32,000 nucleotides of DNA from positions 300,001 through 332,000 of the forward strand of contig NC_010628.1 of NCBI RefSeq assembly GCF_000020025.1. The letters run 5' to 3'. This document shows, piece after piece, positions 18,555 through 26,019 of this stretch (position 1 is the first letter of the stretch; the number at the start of each line of letters is the position of its first letter). The notes under the pieces were generated by a model. The model was not told the origin of the DNA and ran no database searches. It saw only the letters and a list, made by a program, of their open reading frames with translations. The stretch is from Nostoc punctiforme PCC 73102. GTDB lineage: Bacteria; Cyanobacteriota; Cyanobacteriia; Cyanobacteriales; Nostocaceae. A program made the position numbers and the translations under genes.

Positions 18555-18962
18555 TTAAGAGCTTTGAGCGCTTGCTCTGGCCAATAAAACACCGATTTGG
18601 ATACCAATCATTCCAGCGATCGCACTGCCAACAAAATAAATTAACAGCGTTGTAATATCGCCCTTATCTAAGAAACCTTTTGATTCCAAACCATAGGTTG
18701 AAAAAGTGGTATATGCACCACAGAAGCCTGTTGTCGTCATTAGACGAAGTTCCGGCGAGATGATGCGAAGATTCTCGGTTGCTAGAGTCAAAATATAAGC
18801 AATTATTAAACAGCCAGTCACGTTAATAGTGAATGTGCCGTAAAAGCCAAAATCTTTGCCAAAAATAGCTTTTGCCAATTCGGTTCCATAAAAACGACTT
18901 AATGCTCCAAAAATTGCCCCGATCGCCACAGCTAGGGGATAACGTCCTGTTAAAAGATTCAT
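18555..18962 (-). CDS. crcB: Fluoride ion channel CrcB/FluC, paralog 2
   Basis: 135 aa with four TM helices. Family blocks are GALSRFY, TINVTGCLIIAY and TGFCGAYTTFSTYGLE. Confidence 0.9.
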   Translation of the reverse strand: MNLLTGRYPLAVAIGAIFGALSRFYGTELAKAIFGKDFGFYGTFTINVTGCLIIAYILTLATENLRIISPELRLMTTTGFCGAYTTFSTYGLESKGFLDKGDITTLLIYFVGSAIAGMIGIQIGVLLARASAQSS

Positions 18963-19056
18963 TTTTTTTACCTAAAAACGTGTATGGTTTTTCGTAAAGA
19001 CCTTTTTCAAAGTTGCTTTCAGGTATATCCCAACCTTATTTTATGAATTGAGGAAA

Positions 19057-19446
19057 TTACTTCACGAAAAGCTTGGCGATCGCTGCTCCTAAAATCACCG
19101 CTCCCAAACCGAGAATTGCACTCCCTGCCCAATAAAAGACCGTCGCAGTCTTTTGTTTGCTACGCCATAGGGTTAGAGTATCAAAGCCATAGGTTGAAAA
19201 TGTGGTGTAAGAACCTAAAAATCCAGTTCTAATCAGTAAATCCAATTCCTTGGGATAGCCTGTAATTCCTTTAGAAATCGTGAAAAAGAAACCCATCGCT
19301 AAACATCCAGTCAAATTAATGGCAAATGTTGCGTAGGGAAATTTTGCCCCCAATTTAGCTTTTGTCCATTCTGTGATGTAAAACCGAGACAGCGCACCAG
19401 GAACTGCACCTGTCGCAATTGAGAGAATATTAGTTAGGTCTGACAC
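19057..19446 (-). CDS. crcB: Fluoride ion channel CrcB/FluC, paralog 1
   Basis: 129 aa, GTG start at 19446. Blocks are GALSRFY, AINLTGCLAMGFF and TGFLGSYTTFSTYGFD. It is 94 nt upstream of the second crcB. Confidence 0.9.
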   Translation of the reverse strand: MSDLTNILSIATGAVPGALSRFYITEWTKAKLGAKFPYATFAINLTGCLAMGFFFTISKGITGYPKELDLLIRTGFLGSYTTFSTYGFDTLTLWRSKQKTATVFYWAGSAILGLGAVILGAAIAKLFVK

Positions 19447-19531
19447 TAGTTTTGTATCTCTCTGCGATCAATTTTTGAGTTGTCTTGCATATACTCTTTG
19501 AAAAGTCTCAGTTAAAAAATCATTGGAATAA

Positions 19532-19561
19532 ATTATACAAGCCTGGATTTCAGATTTACAA
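19532..19561 (-). promoter_or_regulatory. Candidate sigma70-type promoter upstream of crcB
   Basis: Minus strand reads TTGTAA (19561-19556), an 18-nt spacer, then TATAAT (19537-19532), about 85 nt upstream of the crcB GTG. This is a pattern match only, in AT-rich DNA. Confidence 0.25.
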
Positions 19562-19778
19562 TAAATATATGTAATGATCGCCAGGCAAGCTAAGACATAA
19601 AACACAGAAAGTAAGTAAGTGGGCGTAAGGATTTGTAGTTGCAATCGAGTATGAGGTAGGAAGCAGGAAGCCCAATGGAAGAGGGTTTTTGTGTAGTGCA
19701 TCTTTCTTTACGTAGTTTAGTTTAATTATGCTGACTTACTGAGAAGCGATCGCTATATTTGCAGAGATGGTGTGTTGA

Positions 19779-20840
19779 TTAGCCCACAATCGCCGCATGA
19801 GCAATGACAACTATATTCAGAACAACAAATGAGCCAGAAAGAATTGGAACAGCAATGCGGCGCATTAAATACCGTGAGGACTGCTCCTTCTCTGATTCAC
19901 TGAGAAATCGAGTGTAGACCAGCAGAATGGCTGTTATGAAGATGTAAATGATGGCGATGATGTGGATAAAATCAATCAGGGTGACAGAATTGCTACTACC
20001 CAAATCTGATGTCGCTGTTTGCATATTCACTAGAACTGCAAACAAAGTACCTACAAAGATGCCCATGCGATCGCCAAAATCTTCATCGAGCAGCAATGCC
20101 AATATTGAGAGTGCAACAGCCGCATAAACTCCTATAGAAAGCTTAAAGAAGCTAACTTTGCTCTTGCGGTTGATGGTAATTGAGACCACTAAGCGCGATC
20201 GGTAACTGGGTTGTCCCTTTATCCCTGGGCTACCAAAGTGTGTTTTATAAGGAAAATTCACTTGAAAAATTTTAAAGTTTGTAATTTCCCAATCTTCCAA
20301 ATCTATATCCTGCTGATAGTCTGAACTAGCAAAATCTGGGACATGAACGAAACTGGAAGCATCTAATTTCGCTTCCTCAAGGGGAATTTCCAGTTTATGG
20401 CGATCGAATGGATAATTTTTGGTGTCCCAGTTGTGATAAAAAGTTGCCTTAATCTCCTGTTCGGACACGAACACGTATTTACTTGCCTTAAATGTATCCG
20501 ACAGATTTTCGCTTCGAGAAAAACTGTTGTAATTCGTGCTAACTTCTTTGCTGTTAATCACCTTCAGGCTTTCTAAGGGTTTTGGAGTTTCAAAAGGACA
20601 AAGGCTCCAGACCCAGAAGTTTGCAGAAAACGACTTCTCTGCTGGATTAAAATCTCGCAAGGATGTTAAGTAAACTCCAATTTGACAAGTTTTCGGAGAT
20701 GTAACAGCCTCTGCCTGACAGGGCAAAGTTTGAAAAAGCCAGCAGCTAAAAGCGGCGAGAAGCAAGCCACCAATTAGATGTACTCTCTTAATAACTGCTC
20801 TAATAGCAGGATGATGCAGTTTATAAACATCTTCCCTCAC
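19779..20840 (-). CDS. Pentameric ligand-gated ion channel (GLIC/ELIC-like pLGIC), paralog 1
   Basis: 353 aa, GTG start. After a signal-like N-terminus, the extracellular beta-sandwich blocks align by eye with Gloeobacter GLIC: TCQIGVYLTSLRDFNPAEKSFSANFWVWSLC, Cys-loop-equivalent NYPFDRHKLEI, and LEDWEITNFKI. There is a pre-M1 Arg and four TM helices, with M2-M3 ...LGSSNSVTLIDFIH. Confidence 0.8.
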   Translation of the reverse strand: MREDVYKLHHPAIRAVIKRVHLIGGLLLAAFSCWLFQTLPCQAEAVTSPKTCQIGVYLTSLRDFNPAEKSFSANFWVWSLCPFETPKPLESLKVINSKEVSTNYNSFSRSENLSDTFKASKYVFVSEQEIKATFYHNWDTKNYPFDRHKLEIPLEEAKLDASSFVHVPDFASSDYQQDIDLEDWEITNFKIFQVNFPYKTHFGSPGIKGQPSYRSRLVVSITINRKSKVSFFKLSIGVYAAVALSILALLLDEDFGDRMGIFVGTLFAVLVNMQTATSDLGSSNSVTLIDFIHIIAIIYIFITAILLVYTRFLSESEKEQSSRYLMRRIAVPILSGSFVVLNIVVIAHAAIVG

Positions 20841-20906
20841 TCATCAACTCCCTGGTTAAGTAACCTCTAAGCAAACGATTATTGCAGAAAGATCGTTAAT
20901 TACCTA

Positions 20907-21943
20907 TCAACCTGCGATCGCTGCATGAGAGATAACAATCGCGTTGCGAACAATAAACGAAATTGTAAAAGCCCGAAACAAAAGCCGACGATCTAGCCAC
21001 ATTGCCTGCTTTGCTTGCCCTGCTTCTGTTGTTAATCGTGAAGAGACAGTTGCAAGAGCTGCGGCAAAGATGTAAACGATCGCGACAATGTGAATTTGAT
21101 CGACCAGTGTCAGGCTCTCCGTGCGTCCTAAAACCGATTCTGGTGCCCGCATATTAACCAATGCTGAAAATAAACAACCCACCAGTAAACTCGTCCGGGC
21201 GCTAACTAAACTTGGTTGTCCAGTCTCGTAGAAGAAAGACAGCATCGCCACGGCGAAAGCGACGTACACCCCAGTAGTCAGCTTAAAGAAGCTCATATAT
21301 TTGACTCGCTGGATTGGGATCGAAACTATCAAGCGAGAATAGACCCCTTTTTGATCGACCAGTTCTGGGTCGCCAAAAGTTGTTTGGTAGGCAACCTTCT
21401 CTTCTTCAAGGGTAAAGTTTGTAATCTTCCATCCTCCTAGTTTCATATCACGCTGATAACCGGAGTTCTTAAAATCAGGTGTATAAACAAACCCGGAGGC
21501 ATCTTGAATGGCTTCTTCTAAAGAAATTTTTAGAGTGTGGCGATCGAACGGATAGTTCTGAACATCCCAGTTCTGATTCAAAACGGCGCTAATGTCTCGT
21601 TGAGACCAATAAACCTCTCCCTTTGTGAAAAAGGAACCAGAACGATTTTTTTATCAAGCGTACTGTCAGAAATTCCCTCAGACTCTAAAGAATCAATAAT
21701 CTCCATACTCTCTAGAGGCTTCAAGGCTTTGTCAGGGCAAACACTCCATACCCGAAAATCAACCCTAAATGATTTGTCCGCAAACTTAAAGTTTCGTAAA
21801 GACGTAATGTAAATCCCTACTCGGCAGGTCTGGGGAGATTTAACGGGTTCTGCCAAAACAGATGGAACTTCTGTAAACGACCATGCACCTATGACCAGGA
21901 TCGAGACAGCAACAAATTTACAAGCCCTTGAGTACAAAATCAT
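20907..21943 (-). pseudogene. pLGIC paralog 2, split by a frameshift in an A7 homopolymer
   Basis: ORF 21578..21943 (signal peptide plus TCRVGIYITSLRNFKFADKSFRVDFRVWSVC) and ORF 20907..21581 (NYPFDRHTLKI, four TMs) together cover one paralog. The frames meet at the minus-strand run GATAAAAAAATCG (plus-strand T7 at 21646-21652). Adding one A gives ...LDKKNRSGSFFTKGEVYWSQRDISAVLNQNWDVQNYPFDRH, colinear with paralog 3. Confidence 0.75.
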
Positions 21944-22047
21944 GACCCTGCTGGAGAGTAAGCTGTAATATACAGTAGCAGTTTAAAGCCTGTAATCAAT
22001 GTGTTTAGTGATATGCGCTGTCATAGATAAAACTAGACGACTCAGTA

Positions 22048-23139
22048 TTAGCCTACGATGATAGCATGAGCGATCGCAATTACATTAAACACGATAAAAG
22101 AGAGGGTAAATAGCCTAAAAAAAACGCGGCGATCGAGCCAAATTGCTTGCTTTTTTTTACCGCTTTCAGAAGTTAGTCGAGAGTAAACTGACACAACACC
22201 AGTACCAAAAACATAGAGAATGGTGGCAATATGAATCTGATCTACTAGGGTTAAATCTTCAGTGCGACCTAAAACAGATTCCTGTACCCGCATATTCAGT
22301 AAGGTTGCAAACAATGCACCGATATAGATTGCCCTTCTAGGGCTTGCTAGACTCGTCTGATCGGAGTCATAGAAGAAAGATAGCATAGCGACTGCAAAGG
22401 CAATGTAAACACCAATGGTCAGCTTTAAAAAACTGAAAAATTTAACCCGTTTAATGCCAATTGAAATTACCAGCCGCGAGTAGCTGTCCTGCGGTGAAAC
22501 CAAATCTGGGTCGCCAAAGGTAGTTTCATAAGGAACCTTTTGTTCTACAATTTTGAAACTAGTAATTTGCCAACTGTCCAAATCCATATTTCGCTGGTAT
22601 CCGGAGTTGTCAAAGTCAGGCGTGTAAACAAACTGCGAAGAATTTTTGGTTGTTTCCTCAAGTGCGATCGTTAAGGTGTGCCGATCAAAGGGAAAATTAC
22701 TAACATTCCAACTCTGATACAAAGTTGCTCGGATCTTACGCCCTGACCAATAAACATTTTCTTTCGGATAAAACCATTTCGGTAGATCCTTTCGCTGTAA
22801 AGTACTGTCATAAGCTGCTTTGAAATACTTGTAGTCTTCAACATTTAGAAACTTCATACTTTTTAGAGGCTGTAAATCCTTAAAGGGACAGACACTCCAC
22901 AAATAGAAATCTGTACTAAATTTTTTTTCCGCTAAATTCAAGTCACGCAGAGATGCAACATAAACCCCAGTCCTACAGGTTTGAGGGGATAGAACCGTTT
23001 CTGCGGAAACCTCAGATACTTCAACAAATAACCAGACAATTATAATCAAGGTCAGACTAATAAATACTCTACAACTTTTTAGAAGAATAGACAAAAATTT
23101 TACAAGCATAAAGTGATTTGAGATAGGCTTTAGCAACAT
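22048..23139 (-). CDS. Pentameric ligand-gated ion channel (GLIC/ELIC-like pLGIC), paralog 3
   Basis: 363 aa. There is a signal-like N-terminus (alternative ATG at 23109). Blocks are TCRTGVYVASLRDLNLAEKKFSTDFYLWSVC, NFPFDRHTLTI and LDSWQITSFKI, with pre-M1 IKRVKFFSF and four TM helices (M2 PRRAIYIGALFATLLNMRVQESVLGRT). Confidence 0.8.
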   Translation of the reverse strand: MLLKPISNHFMLVKFLSILLKSCRVFISLTLIIIVWLFVEVSEVSAETVLSPQTCRTGVYVASLRDLNLAEKKFSTDFYLWSVCPFKDLQPLKSMKFLNVEDYKYFKAAYDSTLQRKDLPKWFYPKENVYWSGRKIRATLYQSWNVSNFPFDRHTLTIALEETTKNSSQFVYTPDFDNSGYQRNMDLDSWQITSFKIVEQKVPYETTFGDPDLVSPQDSYSRLVISIGIKRVKFFSFLKLTIGVYIAFAVAMLSFFYDSDQTSLASPRRAIYIGALFATLLNMRVQESVLGRTEDLTLVDQIHIATILYVFGTGVVSVYSRLTSESGKKKQAIWLDRRVFFRLFTLSFIVFNVIAIAHAIIVG

Positions 23140-23605
23140 ACAAATTTAACTCATAAGTGATTTTGGAAAACCTTTTATAAGGATGTAATTCAACATTGAG
23201 TACCATAATTGGAATTAAATTTAACACCTTGTCTAGTAAAAAGTGATTTGGAAAATAAATAAGTATACAAATGGGAAATACTACTCTATTATCTTCCACC
23301 CTATAGCCTACTTTTAGAAATAGCGATTGCTTTCGTAATCTGGCAACAAATGTATGACCATGTTCGCCAACAAATCACTTATATGAATTTTAGATTCAGA
23401 TGAACAGCTTTTGGAAAGTTTAGTTTACTAACATAAGTAAGCAGTTTTTTATTATAAATGCCAAGCGCAATATTTTTTACCCACCCAACAGATATTTCAC
23501 CTCTGCTAACCAAATTACAAATCACCCCATTCCAGAACACCTTGAAAGGGCTAGTTTTGGAGTTAACATTAACCTATTGGTGCAGTTACAAAAAGTAGAT
23601 ATGAC

Positions 23606-23938
23606 ATGAGTAGTAAAACATCCAAGGTCGGTGTAATTGGTGCAGGGAACGTGGGTGCAGATGTAGCAAATGCTTTAGTGCTACTCCGTAAATGTGTAAC
23701 AGTCGTTCTTTTTGACCGAACCTTATCAAAAGCTGAGGGACAAGCATGGGATATTGAAGACAGCATTCCTCTACTTGAAGAGATGGAGATTATAGCATCA
23801 AACAAGTATGAGGATTTAGCTGATTCTGATGTGATTGTCGTGACTGTTGGGGTGCAACAGAAACTTGGACAGACCCGATTAGATAATAAAAAGACATATC
23901 ATAAGAATCTTAAATCGATGCGCTATTTAATCAGATAG
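23606..23938 (+). pseudogene. 5' remnant of an L-lactate/malate dehydrogenase gene (NAD-binding domain only)
   Basis: KVGVIGAGNVGADVANALVLL...VVLFDRTLSKAEGQAWDIED...SDVIVVTVGVQQKLGQTRLD matches the LDH/MDH Rossmann half. Similarity ends at about nt 23884, after TRLD. The frame then reads through AT-rich DNA to a stop at 110 aa, against ~310 aa expected. No catalytic half was found downstream in any frame. Confidence 0.7.
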
Positions 23939-23948
23939 TCTCAAGTTA

Positions 23949-23994
23949 GATATTTGGGTAGTCCTATCGATAGGTTGGAGCGGTTTTGTTATCC
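23949..23994 (+). repeat. Direct repeat R1 of the AT-rich island
   Basis: GATATTTGGGTAGTCCTATCGATAGGTTGGAGCGGTTTTGTTATCC. It contains the perfect 12-bp palindrome CCTATCGATAGG (23963-23974). Confidence 0.6.
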
Positions 23995-24154
23995 TAATGT
24001 TGGTTCTTATAGGTAATTGCAAAATCACTATATGCTATATAGTGTCAATCAAAGCCTTACAAATACATATTAAATCTGTCAAGCCTGGAAATGAAATCTT
24101 ATTCTATCTGAAATTTTAAAGGTTATTCCAACTTCATCAGTTAATCTGAAGGTG

Positions 24155-24198
24155 GATATAGGGTTAGTCCTATAGATAGATTAAATAGTGTTAATTCC
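24155..24198 (+). repeat. Direct repeat R2 of the AT-rich island
   Basis: GATATAGGGTTAGTCCTATAGATAGATTAAATAGTGTTAATTCC. It shares TAGTCCTAT(C/A)GATAG(G/A)TT with R1. Confidence 0.6.
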
Positions 24199-24220
24199 TA
24201 GTTGAGAATATTTCAGCAAG

Positions 24221-24252
24221 AAAAAAGCCCCTACGGTGTACTTATAGGGGCT
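24221..24252 (-). terminator. Rho-independent terminator (minus strand)
   Basis: Minus strand reads AGCCCCTA (24252-24245), loop TAAGTACACCG, TAGGGGCT (24233-24226), then TTTTTCTT. The stem is a perfect 8 bp and GC-rich. On the plus strand the hairpin has no U-tract. Confidence 0.55.
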
Positions 24253-24326
24253 AAAAATTAAATGAGATGTTGTAGTTTGAATAAATTTTAAATGAAGTAC
24301 CGAACCAATCTGTTATCCCCAAGATA

Positions 24327-24371
24327 GATGTTTGATTATTTTTATAGATAGATTGAAGCAGTTTTAACAAT
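24327..24371 (+). repeat. Direct repeat R3 of the AT-rich island
   Basis: GATGTTTGATTATTTTTATAGATAGATTGAAGCAGTTTTAACAAT. By eye, about 29 of the first 39 positions are identical to R1. Confidence 0.55.
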
Positions 24372-24749
24372 AAGTAAACTTAAACATTTAAGGTAAATGA
24401 TTAGCATTTTCTAATAAAATATGTAAAATATTTAATTAAAATCATTCGTTTCTAGTTTTAAATAGTAATAAAAATTTTCACATCCCTATATAACTTCCAA
24501 AATTATTACCTTCATTATTGATGTTAGTTTAGACATGCCTTCTAAAATTCTTAGTGAGCCGATGATAATAATCTTTATCTCATAGCGGTCATATTTGCTT
24601 AGTTCAAAATGATATTGCTCTTTATCTAATTTTATCTTTGTGTAATGTCTTATCTGAAGTGGTAAGCATCACCACACCAAGAAGGGTAAATTGGACGTTA
24701 AATTTTAGAAATGATGGAATTAGAACTGCTGACAGTGAGCAAAATAAAC

Positions 24750-25601
24750 TTATAACCAAAACTGTCGATAGTCTTCGACATACTGCCGTATAGTTAGAGG
24801 TGAACGATTGAGCAATTGCTCAGTATCAGATGTAATGTTGCCTGCCAATCCTAACCGAGCCGTAGTGTAGATTACTAGCATTACTAAAATAAAGTCTATT
24901 GGCAACCCCGATAAGCGCATTTGTCGAATAAACTTTAGCAGAGAAGGATTATAGCGTATCGGTTTACCTAAAATCGATGTGAAAATGTTTGCTACTTCGT
25001 AATAGGTTAAGGCTTCTGCACCCGTAAGTGAATATGCTCTTCCCTGATGCTCATCTTCAAGTAAAGTACGAACTGCAACGGCAGCAATATCTCGTACATC
25101 AATGAAACTTGTTTTCCCATTACCAGCTGGAAGAAGCAATTCACCACGAACTTTGATATCTTCTCTGTGTGTGGTATTAAGATTTTGCATAAAAAAGCTG
25201 CACCGTAAAAAGGTGGCTTTAATACCCAATTGGTTTATATAACGTTCAATTTGAGAGTGTGGCACAAAAGGGTTACGTTCGGCTCCCAGTATTGAAAGAA
25301 ATACGATATGCTCAACGCCTGCAAGTTTTGCAGCATTTAAGGCTGGGGCAATTTGTTTACGAATATTAGCAAGGGCAGGCGGACGCACTAAAAAAAGTTT
25401 ATTGACTTGAAAAAAAGCATAATCAAAGGTGTCAGGATTGGTAAAGTCGAAGGGGATGGTTTGGATATTGCTGCCTAAGAGGTGTTGAGCGCTGTTTGGA
25501 TTTCTAACTGCGGCGCAGACATTACAATCGTGGGATTGCAGTAAGCGAAGAACTTCTTGACCGACGTTTCCAGTTGCACCTGTCACTAAAATTTTCAGCA
25601 T
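24750..25601 (-). CDS. NmrA-like / atypical SDR NAD(P)-binding protein
   Basis: 283 aa. The N-terminus is KILVTGATGNVGQEVLRLL (a GxxGxxG Rossmann fold), with NmrA-family length and layout. Confidence 0.85.
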   Translation of the reverse strand: MLKILVTGATGNVGQEVLRLLQSHDCNVCAAVRNPNSAQHLLGSNIQTIPFDFTNPDTFDYAFFQVNKLFLVRPPALANIRKQIAPALNAAKLAGVEHIVFLSILGAERNPFVPHSQIERYINQLGIKATFLRCSFFMQNLNTTHREDIKVRGELLLPAGNGKTSFIDVRDIAAVAVRTLLEDEHQGRAYSLTGAEALTYYEVANIFTSILGKPIRYNPSLLKFIRQMRLSGLPIDFILVMLVIYTTARLGLAGNITSDTEQLLNRSPLTIRQYVEDYRQFWL

Positions 25602-26019
25602 AATCAGCTATTACTGTTACTCATTAATAACACCGTTATAATTAATAATTTTTAATATGATAATATCAATTAAGACAGCAAGACCTAAAGCTATGCAAAA
25701 ATAATTAATGCCTTGAAATAATTATAGCCAAGCCCAAATAAACAAGGATCCATTTGCCAGTACATCTAAAACTGGATTGATTTTTCAACTTGTAAGAATT
25801 AGAGTAACGCAAGTAAACTGGTTACTACAGGCTTCCAAAGAATACAGTATTCAATAGAAAGTCCCTGCTAATAATATTGTAAAGGGTGGAGAGTCAGGAA
25901 TGCAAACAGCAGCCCTGACTTCCGTGTTTTATTCACACTTAAGAAAGAAGCTACAAATCATTTTTTATTAGATAATAATTTTATTGGCTTTACTTAGAGA
26001 AATTGATAAAAGTGTGAAA

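Noticed and set aside
18473-18607. 45-aa N-terminal extension of the first cheW ORF, overlapping crcB by 53 nt
   Set aside because: The extension (MVSKSVFYWPEQALKALKLKLRRRCSAKRCLFFVFVLF...) has no CheW similarity and overlaps the crcB 3' end. The in-frame GTG at 18472 starts exactly at the CheW domain.
19468-19701. 77-aa ORF in the pLGIC-crcB spacer
   Set aside because: It has low-complexity hydrophobic/Tyr/Cys-rich composition and no RBS or family resemblance. It lies in an AT-rich intergenic leader, so it is most likely a chance ORF.
19447-19778. Expected fluoride (crcB-motif) riboswitch upstream of the first crcB gene
   Set aside because: I read the coding-strand leader and found no GGCGATG...CGCC P1 or GCTGATGA..CCTAC pseudoknot element, only an isolated CCTACC and an unrelated 6-bp hairpin. 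I cannot run cmsearch, so absence is provisional.
23069-23299. 76-aa minus-strand ORF overlapping the 5' end of pLGIC paralog 3
   Set aside because: It is an AT-rich chance frame upstream of and overlapping a well-supported gene. It has no signal of coding bias or family similarity.
23949-24371. Possible CRISPR array (three direct repeats)
   Set aside because: The repeats are degenerate (about 70-75 percent identity). Spacing is irregular and far too long (172-206 bp). There are only three copies and no cas genes nearby.
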